Below are positions 40,070 to 49,183 of a DNA stretch of 64,000 bases, piece by piece. The position numbers and the translations under genes were made by a program. Below the pieces are notes generated by a model. That model made no database searches. It worked only from the letters and a program-made list of their open reading frames with translations, and was not told the origin of the DNA. This stretch comes from Pirellulales bacterium (GTDB taxonomy: Bacteria > Planctomycetota > Planctomycetia > Pirellulales > JAICIG01). The first letter of the stretch is position 1; the number at the start of each line of letters is the position of its first letter. The stretch is taken from NCBI GenBank assembly GCA_040901675.1, contig JBBDYJ010000042.1:1-64000 (forward strand), read 5' to 3'.

Positions 40070-41233
40070 TTACACGGGCACGAAGCTGGCGGGGTCGCTC
40101 CACTGGCCCATCTCTTCCTGAAACAGCTTGCTCTTGTCGATTTCCAACTGCCCGTCGTCGGCCAGGCTGATGGCATACCGCTCCAGCGGCCGGGGCGCCG
40201 GCCCCTCGAAGTTGATCCCGTCCTTGTAGAACCCGCTCCCGTGGCAGGGACATTTGAATTTCTGCTCGGCATCCAGCCAGTTGGGCGTGCAGCCCAGGTG
40301 CGTGCAAACGGTCCGCAAGGCGAAAATCTGCGGTTCGTCCTGGTACTCGGCGTTGACCACCCACACGCCGAACAGCGCCTTGAACTTTTCCTCTACCGCG
40401 CCCGGCGGGAAATCGCCGGGGAATCCAACCTTGAACCTGCTGGGCGGCTCCGTGAGGATGTTCGGAAACATGAAGCGGGCCAAGCCCAATGTCCAGAGGC
40501 CGAACGTCGTGGCCAGCGACGTGAAGCCGATGCCCAAAAACGATCCCAGCGCCACGCTCAAGAACCAGCGGCGATCTTCGGCGGCCACCGCGGCATCCTT
40601 GGCCGGCTGGCGGCGAGCGTAGTCGGGCCTGGCCGGCATGGGCGGCACGGCGGCCGGCGGTTTGGCCGCTGGAGCTTTGGCCGGCCGCTCGGGAGCGGGT
40701 TTGAGCCGGGCTGCCGCTTCGGCCTTCGACATCGGGCCGGGGCGAGTGGTCTTACGCGCCGCGGCCAGGATGCTGGCGGTGTCCTTGCCGCCAGCCACGG
40801 CCGACACGGCAGCGGGTTTCTCGGCGGGGGCCGGCTTCGGCGTTTTGGCAGCCGCCACGGCGGCGGGCTTGGCCGGCTTTACCTCGGCCGCGGGTTTCGG
40901 CGCCGCCGCCGGCTTGGGAGGCTGGGCACCTTTGGCCTGGGCACGGGCCATGGCGAGGACCTCGGCCACGCTGGGCTTCGCTCCTCCTGCAGGCGGCCCT
41001 TTTGCAGGCGGCGGGGTTTTGGGCGCCGGCGCGGCGGCAGCCGGTTGCTCGACTGCTTGCTCGACCGGTTCTTGTCCGGCGGACGCGGCTTGCGCGGCCT
41101 GGGCCTCGACGGGTTCGCTGGCGGGCTTTGGTTCCGCAGGTGGTTTCGACCCAGGCGCGGCGGCCCCCTTGGAGTCGGCCTTGCGCGCGGCCGCCATGAT
41201 CTCGGCGACCGACAACTTCTTTTTCTCAGCCAT
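40070..41233 (-). CDS. petC: Rieske 2Fe-2S protein with long Pro/Ala/Lys-rich N-terminal extension
   Basis: CTHLGC and CPCHGS, GPAPRPL, and RRWFL twin-Arg followed by a TM helix. Confidence 0.92.
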   Translation of the reverse strand: MAEKKKLSVAEIMAAARKADSKGAAAPGSKPPAEPKPASEPVEAQAAQAASAGQEPVEQAVEQPAAAAPAPKTPPPAKGPPAGGAKPSVAEVLAMARAQAKGAQPPKPAAAPKPAAEVKPAKPAAVAAAKTPKPAPAEKPAAVSAVAGGKDTASILAAARKTTRPGPMSKAEAAARLKPAPERPAKAPAAKPPAAVPPMPARPDYARRQPAKDAAVAAEDRRWFLSVALGSFLGIGFTSLATTFGLWTLGLARFMFPNILTEPPSRFKVGFPGDFPPGAVEEKFKALFGVWVVNAEYQDEPQIFALRTVCTHLGCTPNWLDAEQKFKCPCHGSGFYKDGINFEGPAPRPLERYAISLADDGQLEIDKSKLFQEEMGQWSDPASFVPV

Positions 41234-41305
41234 GCCCTAGCACCGAAGCACGGAACCTAGCCAGCCAAAGGAGGTTGCGACGCGAATCGCGCGACGCGGG
41301 GCAAT

Positions 41306-41361
41306 TTGTGACAATTTTCACGAACTGCCTAACTTTTTAACTTAGCCTGATCGGTTGTCAA
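41306..41361 (-). promoter_or_regulatory. Candidate promoter of the respiratory cluster (-35 TTGACA) with a downstream Rex/CRP-like palindrome
   Basis: TTGTGACAATTTTCACGA at 41306-41323. TTGACA on the minus strand at 41361-41356; the -10 is AT-rich but weak. Confidence 0.5.
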
Positions 41362-41518
41362 CCACCCCTTTTGAGAAAGCCCGGGCAAAAACGTGCTGGC
41401 CCTGGAAGTGGTCTTGCGCCACGATAGTCTACCGCAGACACGCGCCCGCGAAAATGGGATCCGAAGGCCCGACCGAGCAGATCTCCCGATCCATGATCAT
41501 AACGTCGAGCGTTACACC

Positions 41519-42637
41519 TTGACTACGGCAAGAACGATCGACTGGTTGGCGCTGGCCCGGATCATGTTGCGCGATGCCGGCGCGCGCGGCGTGCCTGCGC
41601 TGGCTCAACTGCCCGGGATGCAGGCGCACCTCGAGCTGGAGGCGGCCGTGATGGGCTTGGCGGCGCGCGGCCGCCGCGTGGCAATCGTCACCGGCTTCTG
41701 CGTGGCGGCCGATCCGCCGGCGGCGGAGACCGACGGCCCGCCGGGCGCGCTGTATCTGGCCCGTGCGCTATCGGCCTTGTCGATTCCGGTGCTGCTTATC
41801 AGCGACGCGCTGGGGATGCCCCTGCTCCGTGCGGGGTGCCGGCTTTGGCGACTGGACGGGGTCGAGCTGGTCGAGTTCCCGTTTGAAACGGATGAGACAG
41901 ATCCATCAGCGTCCACCGAGCGAGTTGAAGCGGCCAGCAGTTGTCCGAAAACGGACGCCTGGGTGGATGCCTTTCTGGGCCAGGAGCAAGGCGGGGGACT
42001 CACGCACCTCGTGTCGATAGAACGGGCCGGGCCCAGCCACACGCTTCAATCGCTCGCCGAACAGCAACGGTCGGGGCCGCCGCCGCTGGCGGAGTTTGAG
42101 AGCGAAGTGCCGGCGTCAAGCCGCGACGTGTGCCACAACATGCGGGGGGAGCCGATTGATCATTGCACGGCCAGGACGCACCGGTTGTTCGAGGAGGCAC
42201 GCCGGCGGGTGGCGGCCATCGAAACGATCGGCATCGGCGACGGCGGCAATGAGATAGGCATGGGTAAAATTGCCTGGGAGGTGCTGCGGGCGGCGGTCGC
42301 CGGCGGCCCCGGCGGCCGCATCGCTTGCCGTATCGCGACCGACCGGCTGCTGATCGGCGGCACGAGCAATTGGGCCGCCTATACCTTGGCCGTGGCGACT
42401 TGTGCCGCGCGCGGGCGGCACGATTTGATTGCCGGGTGGGGAACCAGGCGTCAGGCCGAGTTGATCCAGGTGCTTGTCGACGAGTGCGGCGCGGTCGACG
42501 GCGTCACGCGGCAGCCTTCGGCAACGGTCGATGGCCTGCCGCTGGCCGAGTACCTGGATGTGCTAGCGGCGATCGAGGAGCAGTGCACAAAGAAAAAAGG
42601 GGATAAGTCCAATTATTTGGGTCCCAATGGCGTGTGA
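41519..42637 (+). CDS. DUF4392 / D-glutamate cyclase-like protein
   Basis: DAGARG, IVTGF, ETDGPPGA, VSIERAG, HNMRG, IGIGDGGNEIGMG, SNW and GAVDGVT...VDG. Start uncertain (TTG 41519 chosen; the ORF opens at 41393). Confidence 0.85.
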   Translation: MTTARTIDWLALARIMLRDAGARGVPALAQLPGMQAHLELEAAVMGLAARGRRVAIVTGFCVAADPPAAETDGPPGALYLARALSALSIPVLLISDALGMPLLRAGCRLWRLDGVELVEFPFETDETDPSASTERVEAASSCPKTDAWVDAFLGQEQGGGLTHLVSIERAGPSHTLQSLAEQQRSGPPPLAEFESEVPASSRDVCHNMRGEPIDHCTARTHRLFEEARRRVAAIETIGIGDGGNEIGMGKIAWEVLRAAVAGGPGGRIACRIATDRLLIGGTSNWAAYTLAVATCAARGRHDLIAGWGTRRQAELIQVLVDECGAVDGVTRQPSATVDGLPLAEYLDVLAAIEEQCTKKKGDKSNYLGPNGV

Positions 42638-42705
42638 GGCTCGTGGCCCAGCATGATATTGGACTTATCCCCTTTTTTCCTGTGCTATCCCCTTTTTTCC
42701 TGTGC
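42593..42705. mobile_element. MITE-like element with 21-bp perfect inverted repeats and an adjacent 20-bp tandem duplication
   Basis: AAAAAAGGGGATAAGTCCAAT (42593-42613) pairs with ATTGGACTTATCCCCTTTTTT (42658-42678). TATCCCCTTTTTTCCTGTGC occurs twice (42666-42705). Confidence 0.55.
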
Positions 42706-42730
42706 CACTGCTTGGAGACTCCCGGCTGTC

Positions 42731-42757
42731 GACCGGATGAATCCGGTCACTACAAAC
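42731..42757 (-). repeat. GTAG-type REP, same family as 27100-27154
   Basis: Minus strand reads GTTTGTAGTGACCGGATTCATCCGGTC versus GTTTGTAGTGACCGCATTTATGCGGTC at 27128-27154. Confidence 0.8.
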
Positions 42758-42979
42758 GAGAAGCGGTGCGCGTCCAGAGCGGATAAGCGATGAGAGAAGG
42801 CGCTGCCCATGCGGCACTGCTTCGTCCGCCTTTGGCGGACCGGAGAGCGGCCTAGAAGCAGTGGCACAACTGTCTAAACCCAGAAATTTCAAATCAACAA
42901 TCGTTGGCCCGGGTACAATGAGTGTGGTTGTCGGAGTCGCATTCATCCAATCGATTTTCTCTCAGCGCCGGGCGGGATC

Positions 42980-44284
42980 ATGAACGTTCTAATCGTCGGT
43001 TCGGGAGGCAGGGAGCATGCCCTGGCCTGGAAGATAGCCCAAAGCCAGCGCGTGGAACGGGTGTTCGTGGCGCCGGGCAACGCCGGCACGGCAGAGGATG
43101 CCGAGAACGTCGATATCCAGGCCGGCGATTTTCCGCGGCTCATCAAGTTCGCCCAGCAGAACGACGTGGGTCTGACCGTGGTGGGTCCGGAGGGCCCCCT
43201 GACGGCCGGCATTGTCGACGCCTTTTCGGCCGCGAAACTACGGGCGTTCGGTCCGACCCGGATGGCGGCCGAGCTGGAAGCCAGCAAGGTCTTTTGCAAG
43301 AACCTGCTGCGGCACGCCGACGTGCCCACGGCCGACTATCGCGTGTTCCGCAGCGCGGAGCGGGCCGTTACGTTCCTCAAGGACCGCGAGGACGTGCCGG
43401 TGGTGGTCAAGGCCGACGGGCTGGCGGCCGGCAAGGGCGTGTTCGTCTGCGCCAGCCGGGCCGAGGCGCTGCAGGCGGTGGACCGGATCGCCCGTGCCAA
43501 GGAGTTCGGCGACGCGGGCAACCAGCTCGTGATCGAAGAGCGGCTGGATGGGCAGGAGGCGAGCGTGCTGGCGATCACCGACGGGCAGACCATCGTGACG
43601 CTGCCGCCGGCGCAGGACCACAAGCGGGCCTACGACGGCGACACCGGCCCCAACACGGGCGGCATGGGCGCCTATTGCCCGACCCCGTTGTTGGACGAGG
43701 CGGCCCTGGGCTGGATCGAGGAGCACGTTCTGGTGCCGACGGTGCATGCCATGAAGCGGGCCCGCCGGCCGTTCCGCGGCGTGTTGTATGCCGGTCTGAT
43801 GCTGACCAACCAGGGACCCAAGGTGCTGGAGTTCAACGTCCGCCTGGGCGACCCGGAGTGCCAGCCGCTGTTGATGCGGCTCAAGAGCGATCTGGTCGAC
43901 GTGTTCGAAGCCACGATCGACGGGCGGCTGGAGGCCATGGCGCCCTTGGAGTGGGACCCGCGGCCGGCGGTCTGCGTGGTGATGGCCAGCGAAGGCTATC
44001 CCGGCAAGTACCAGGTGGGCCGCCCCATACGCGGTTTGGCCGAGGCGGCCAAGGTCCCCGAGGTGAAGGTGTTCCACGCTGGCACGGCCACGGCGGCGGG
44101 GCAGATTGTGACCGACGGTGGCCGCGTGCTCGGCGTGACGGCGCTGGGCTCGACAATCTCGTCGGCCAAGCTGCAGGCCTACACGGCGGTGAAAGCGATC
44201 CGCTGGGACGGCGCCTGGTGCCGCAAGGACATTTCGGACAAAGCCGTGCTGAAGGCAGAAGGCAGAAGGACGAAGGCAGAGTAA
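42980..44284 (+). CDS. purD: Phosphoribosylamine--glycine ligase
   Basis: MNVLIVGSGGREHALAW, APGNAG, VVGPE, VVKADGLAAGKGV, QDHKR.YDGDTGPNTGGMGAY and EFNVRLGDPE. Confidence 0.98.
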   Translation: MNVLIVGSGGREHALAWKIAQSQRVERVFVAPGNAGTAEDAENVDIQAGDFPRLIKFAQQNDVGLTVVGPEGPLTAGIVDAFSAAKLRAFGPTRMAAELEASKVFCKNLLRHADVPTADYRVFRSAERAVTFLKDREDVPVVVKADGLAAGKGVFVCASRAEALQAVDRIARAKEFGDAGNQLVIEERLDGQEASVLAITDGQTIVTLPPAQDHKRAYDGDTGPNTGGMGAYCPTPLLDEAALGWIEEHVLVPTVHAMKRARRPFRGVLYAGLMLTNQGPKVLEFNVRLGDPECQPLLMRLKSDLVDVFEATIDGRLEAMAPLEWDPRPAVCVVMASEGYPGKYQVGRPIRGLAEAAKVPEVKVFHAGTATAAGQIVTDGGRVLGVTALGSTISSAKLQAYTAVKAIRWDGAWCRKDISDKAVLKAEGRRTKAE

Positions 44285-44571
44285 GAGACGCGCAAGCGAG
44301 GAATCTGCTCCATTCACTCCTCATAGGTCTTGTCTGTCAGCCTGGTTCGCGTCGCGTCCCCTGCCTCCTGGCTCATCGGGGAACCTCGACGATGCCCACG
44401 GGGCCGTTCCAGCCAAGACGCCCGCCAGGCTCCCAAACACCATTGCGATAAGCACGCGTTGCATCGAGGCGCCCTTCAGTTGTGCGGCGGGCGAACGTTA
44501 TGCATGATAGCATGGCTTGAGGGTGCTAGAATCAGCGACGGCGCAAGGGGCGTCGGCGGGAGGCTCTTGTT

Positions 44572-45990
44572 ATGGGTGCGAACACGACATCGGCTGTTGG
44601 ACCGGCCACGCAGCCATTTCGCTCGAATGCCAAAGCCTTGATCCTGGCCACGGTTGGGCTGGTCGGCTGCCGGATATTGTCTGCGTGGCACAGCGTGGGG
44701 GGCATGGTGGCCGGTGCGCTGGTGGTCGGCGCTTTACTCACCGTGCTGGTGGGGCGAAGCCAGCGAGCGAGACGATGGGCACCTTTCACCGCCCGGCTGG
44801 TCGCCGTGCTTGCCAACGCGGCGGCGCTGGGCATCGGGGCGTTTGTGATGCTGCTGGCAATCACGGGCCTGCTGGCGGATGGGCGGCTGGGCACGCGGGT
44901 CGATTGGGGATGGGAGTTTGCTTGTGTGCCGGTGGCCGCGGCAGTCAGCCTGGCAGTGCTTGCGTGGCCCCGTTCCCGACGAACGCGCTGGACGCACGAC
45001 GCGGCGATCGGGCTGAACGGCGCCTTGACCGTTTACGGTTTTTGGTATTGGTGGGTTCATGAACGCGGGACGTATCTGCCGAGCCCGCCCCCTTTGGGGA
45101 CGATGCTGCTGTTGGGACTGGCCGCGGTCACCGTGATGGCGTTGGTCTGGGATAGCGCTTCGCTCGCCGGCGCGAGTGGTGCGCCGGCTAGCTGCGCCGC
45201 GGGCAACCTCCGCCGACGCCTTCGGCCGGCGCTGGTGGCCGCCACGACGGCGGCGGTATGCCTGCTGCTCTGGATCAGCTTCCAGCCGGTCTACCAGCAT
45301 CGTCGAAGGGTGGCAGTGCTGGACTCGATGGGATGCCAGGTCGAATACCATCCGATGCAAAACGCCGTCATGTCAAACGTCATGTACCCGTTCGTGCCAG
45401 ATAGCTTATGCCCTCCGTACTTCTGCCCCGTCCAGCAGGTGTTCGTGCCGCGCGGCGCCCGGTTGCAAGCCGCCGACGGCCGACAATTGGGAGAGTTATT
45501 GAAGGAGTTGCCGCAACTCGAGGGCCTGCACGTCTGGGAGATCCCGCCAGGCGCTGGCCGAACTCTGCAGCCCTATGACGTAGATTCCAAAATCGTCCAC
45601 CTGACCTTGCACGGTGACGGTGTGACGGATGAAACCCTGGCCGACATCGCTGGTTTCAAGTGGCTCGAATCGGCAGACTTTCGTAATTCGCGGATTACGG
45701 ACAGCGGATTGAAGCACCTGGCAGGTCTGCCACGCTTGCAGGGCATCAGGCTCGATGGTGCGGCAGTCACCGGAGAGGGTCTCGTTCAGCTCAAGTCGCT
45801 CGGATTGCTTACCATGCTGGACTTATCGAATACTCAGATCGATGATGCGGACCTCGGCCACTTGCATCAGCTCAAAAGCCTCCAGCAACTGAATCTGCAG
45901 CTAACCCGGGTTACCGCCGACGGCGTGCGCAAACTCGAAAAGGCGTTGCCAAGGTGTCGTGTCGCCTGGGACGGGCTGGCGGAAGAGTAG
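44572..45990 (+). CDS. Multi-TM membrane protein with C-terminal leucine-rich repeats
   Basis: About 6-7 hydrophobic segments, then VTDETLADI / ITDSGLKHL / VTGEGLVQL / IDDADLGHL / VTADGVRKLEKALPRCRV repeats. TGcTAGAAT extended -10 candidate at 44524-44532. Confidence 0.8.
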   Translation: MGANTTSAVGPATQPFRSNAKALILATVGLVGCRILSAWHSVGGMVAGALVVGALLTVLVGRSQRARRWAPFTARLVAVLANAAALGIGAFVMLLAITGLLADGRLGTRVDWGWEFACVPVAAAVSLAVLAWPRSRRTRWTHDAAIGLNGALTVYGFWYWWVHERGTYLPSPPPLGTMLLLGLAAVTVMALVWDSASLAGASGAPASCAAGNLRRRLRPALVAATTAAVCLLLWISFQPVYQHRRRVAVLDSMGCQVEYHPMQNAVMSNVMYPFVPDSLCPPYFCPVQQVFVPRGARLQAADGRQLGELLKELPQLEGLHVWEIPPGAGRTLQPYDVDSKIVHLTLHGDGVTDETLADIAGFKWLESADFRNSRITDSGLKHLAGLPRLQGIRLDGAAVTGEGLVQLKSLGLLTMLDLSNTQIDDADLGHLHQLKSLQQLNLQLTRVTADGVRKLEKALPRCRVAWDGLAEE

Positions 45991-46085
45991 AGACTCACCA
46001 ACCTGGGACGTTCCGTGCCTGCTCGTTCCGCCAATTAGGATTCATCAGAACCCATAGCGCAGAGTGGACGCCCTACGAAGCGCCT

Positions 46086-46697
46086 TCATTCTTCATCTTC
46101 GGCGTAGCCGGGGGGAAAAATCGAGTCGTCGGTAGGACCGGGCTGGTCCGTTTCCTTGGCTGGAAGATCGTTTTGCTCGGTGGGAAGATCGACGCCGCTG
46201 AACCGCTCGAGCCAGAACTCGACCTCGCCGGCGGTGGGTGGCCCCGGCTTGATGGAGGGAGCGGCCTGCTGGGCGCTGGGGCCGTGAGACCGATCGACAC
46301 GGCGGCGGACGACTTCCGCGTACCAGCGGTCGCTGTCGATGGCCTGCGCCTTGCGGCGGCGCGCGGCGCGCTGCAAACGGTGGTCGCTGGAGACGACCGT
46401 CAGCCGCCGGGGGGCCGTGTCGGCCTCGATCAATTCCTCGATCAACTCGTCGGCATCGTCGTAGCTGACCGCGAACCGCACGGTCAGCCCGCGGTGCGTC
46501 AAGATCGAGGGAAGGCCACGTGGCGCTCCGGCGGCGTCGAAGACCACCGTTGTCTTGCCAACCTCGTCTGTCTCGATTGACTCGGCGACGAAATCAAGCA
46601 ACGCGAGGCGGCTGCGCTCGAAGCCGCCCGGTCCGCGGCCCCGGCCGATGATGCCGGCGGCGTGCATCAGGTTGTAGCCGTCGATGAGCAGAGACAT
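46086..46697 (-). CDS. NYN/PIN-fold ribonuclease, YacP-like
   Basis: LLIDGYNL, VVFDA, DADELIE and VVSSD acidic quartet. Confidence 0.85.
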   Translation of the reverse strand: MSLLIDGYNLMHAAGIIGRGRGPGGFERSRLALLDFVAESIETDEVGKTTVVFDAAGAPRGLPSILTHRGLTVRFAVSYDDADELIEELIEADTAPRRLTVVSSDHRLQRAARRRKAQAIDSDRWYAEVVRRRVDRSHGPSAQQAAPSIKPGPPTAGEVEFWLERFSGVDLPTEQNDLPAKETDQPGPTDDSIFPPGYAEDEE

Positions 46698-46745
46698 TGG
46701 TCACTGGTCACTTGTCATTGGTCACTGGTCATTGGTCAATGGTGA
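46697..46745. repeat. TTGGTCA/CTGGTCA heptamer tandem repeat
   Basis: About seven consecutive degenerate heptamers between pyrC and the NYN gene. Confidence 0.7.
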
Positions 46746-46773
46746 AGACGCCGGCTGATCTAAGATCCAAATT

Positions 46774-48078
46774 CTAAGCACCAAGCCGGTACTTGACCTT
46801 GCCGCCGACGATGACGGTGTCGGCCCGGCCGCGCAGCTCCCAGCCGGCAAAGGGGGTGTTGCGGCTCTTGGAGCGGAACCGGGTGGCATCGACCGTCCAA
46901 CGATGATCGGGATCGATGATCGTGACGTCGGCATCGGCCCCCACGGCCAACGTGCCCTTGGGAATGCCGAGGATGCGTGCCGGATTGATGGTCATTTTTT
47001 CGATGGCCCCGGACCAGGTCAGGTGTCCGGGCTCGATCAGCTTGGTAATGACCAGCCCCAGGGCCGTTTCCAGCCCCACGATGCCGAAGGGGGCCTGGTC
47101 CAGCTCCTGCATCTTCTTTTCCAGGGCATGCGGCGCGTGGTCGGTGCAGATCACTTCGATGGTGCCGTCGGCCAGCCCGGCGATGCAGGCCTCCACGTCG
47201 TGGCGGCTCCGCAAGGGGGGACTCATCTTGTAGTTCGAGTCGAACGACCGCAGGCAGTCGTCGGTGAGCGTGAAGTGGTGGGGACAGACCTCGGTCGAGA
47301 CCTGCACGCCGAGCCGCTTGGCACGCCGCACCAGCTCGACGCTGCCGGCGCTGGAAACGTGCATGATGTGGATGCGGCCATCGGTGGCCTCGGCCAGGGC
47401 GATGTCGCGGCTGGTCATCACGTCCTCGGCGGCGGCCGGCATGCCGGGCAGCCCCAGGATCAGCGAGACCAGGCCTTCGTGCATGACGCCGCCGCGAGTC
47501 AGCTCCAGGACCTCGGCATGATTGAGAATGGGTTTGTTGAACATCCGGCAGTATTCGAACGCGCGGCGCATCAGCTCGGCGTCGTAGACCGGCGCGCCGT
47601 CGTCGGTGAAGGCCACCGCGCCGGCTTCCACCAACTGGCCGATCTCCGCCAGCTCCTTACCTTCGCGGTTCTTGCTGACGCAGGCCACGACGAACACGTT
47701 GGCATTGCCCGCCAGGGCCGCCTGGTGCCGGACAAACTCGACCGTGGCCTGCGTGTCGATGGGCGGCTCGGTATTGGGGATGCAGGCGATGGAGGTGAAA
47801 CCGCCGGCCAGCGCGGCGGCGGTCCCGGTAGCGATGGTTTCGTCGTCCTCGCGTCCCGGCTCGCGGAGGTGCACGTGCATGTCGATCAGCCCCGGGGCCA
47901 CGATCTTTCCCTGGGCGTCGAGGACTTCGCTTTGGCCGTTCACGTCGAGGTCGTACCCGGCAATGCGGCCCGCTTCGATCACGAGGCTGCCCAGGCGGTC
48001 GAGCGATTGGCTGGGGTCGATGAGCCGGCCGTTGCGGATCACGAGTCGGGAGCCGGCCTTGGAGGCATCGACGAGCAT
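46774..48078 (-). CDS. pyrC: Dihydroorotase (type I)
   Basis: PGLIDMHVHLREPG, GGFT, PNT.P, TDDG, EVCPHHF, KMSPPLR and TDHAPH. Confidence 0.96.
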   Translation of the reverse strand: MLVDASKAGSRLVIRNGRLIDPSQSLDRLGSLVIEAGRIAGYDLDVNGQSEVLDAQGKIVAPGLIDMHVHLREPGREDDETIATGTAAALAGGFTSIACIPNTEPPIDTQATVEFVRHQAALAGNANVFVVACVSKNREGKELAEIGQLVEAGAVAFTDDGAPVYDAELMRRAFEYCRMFNKPILNHAEVLELTRGGVMHEGLVSLILGLPGMPAAAEDVMTSRDIALAEATDGRIHIMHVSSAGSVELVRRAKRLGVQVSTEVCPHHFTLTDDCLRSFDSNYKMSPPLRSRHDVEACIAGLADGTIEVICTDHAPHALEKKMQELDQAPFGIVGLETALGLVITKLIEPGHLTWSGAIEKMTINPARILGIPKGTLAVGADADVTIIDPDHRWTVDATRFRSKSRNTPFAGWELRGRADTVIVGGKVKYRLGA

Positions 48079-48146
48079 GGGCGTACCTTAGCGGATTTGG
48101 GGAAGCGTCTGGATTGCTCTGGCGGCGGCGCTGAACGGCGAAAACA

Positions 48147-49103
48147 TCAACTGGCCCCGCAGACCAGCCACAATGCGGCCATGCGGACGGCCAGCCCGTT
48201 GGTGACCTGTTCGAGGATGACCGAATGGGGCCCGTCGGCCACTTCGGGCGTGACCTCGACGCCGCGGTTGATCGGCCCGGGCGCCAAGATGAGAATGTCG
48301 TTTTTGGCCCTGGCCAGCCGCTCGCGGTTCATAGCGTAGAGGTGGGCGTACTCGCGGACGGAAGGGAACGGGCGGGTCGACTGGCGCTCGAACTGGATCC
48401 GCAACAGGTTAAGCACGTCGCAGCGAGGCAGGATCTCGTCGAGGTTGTAGCAGACTTCGACGCCCAGCTCGCGCCACAAGGGCGAAACCAGCGTGGAGGG
48501 CCCGCAGACGATCACGTGCGCGCCCAGCCGCTTGAGCCCCCAGATATTCGAGCGGGCGGTGCGGCTATGCGCGATGTCGCCGACCAGGGCCACGGTGAGT
48601 CCGTCCAGGTGACCGCGATGCTCGCGAATGGTCATGATGTCGAGCAGTCCCTGCGTTGGATGCTCGTGCGGGCCGTCGCCGGCGTTGATCACGGAACATT
48701 CGAGGTTCTGCGCCAAAAGGTGCGGCGTGCCCGGCGTGCGGTGCCGCACCACGACCACGTCGACGCCCATGGCCTCGATGTTGCGGGCCGTGTCAATGAA
48801 GGTCTCTCCCTTGGAGAGGCTGCTGCCGGTGGCGGAAAACTCGACCGTGTCGGCACTGAGCCGGCGGGCGGCCAGCGCGAAGCTGGTGCGAGTGCGAGTC
48901 GAGGGCTCGAAGAACAGGTTGGCGCACGTCCTGCCGGCCAGCGCGGTGAGCTTTTGACGGCAGCCGCCGCTGGCCTCCTTGAACATCGCCGCCGTGTCCA
49001 AAAGAACCAGCAATTCCTCGGCCGTGAGATTCTCAAGGCCCAGCAAGTGACGCCGGGTCCACGAAGCCGGGATGGCGCCGATCTCGCTCAGTTCGGTGCT
49101 CAT
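48147..49103 (-). CDS. pyrB: Aspartate carbamoyltransferase catalytic subunit
   Basis: [47 protein letters not shown] and PGPINRGVE. Start at MSTELS. Confidence 0.97.
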   Translation of the reverse strand: MSTELSEIGAIPASWTRRHLLGLENLTAEELLVLLDTAAMFKEASGGCRQKLTALAGRTCANLFFEPSTRTRTSFALAARRLSADTVEFSATGSSLSKGETFIDTARNIEAMGVDVVVVRHRTPGTPHLLAQNLECSVINAGDGPHEHPTQGLLDIMTIREHRGHLDGLTVALVGDIAHSRTARSNIWGLKRLGAHVIVCGPSTLVSPLWRELGVEVCYNLDEILPRCDVLNLLRIQFERQSTRPFPSVREYAHLYAMNRERLARAKNDILILAPGPINRGVEVTPEVADGPHSVILEQVTNGLAVRMAALWLVCGAS

Positions 49104-49153
49104 GGACGCTGGTTCGGCCTGGATCGACTTGCGTGCTGCGAAGCGGCCCCGTG

Positions 49154-49183
49154 ATTCTAGCAGCGGCGTGGCGAACCCGCCAA
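49154..49183 (-). promoter_or_regulatory. Candidate sigma70 promoter of pyrB-pyrC
   Basis: Minus strand TTGGCG-N18-TAGAAT with TG extension (TGCTAGAAT), ~50 bp upstream of the pyrB ATG. Confidence 0.4.
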
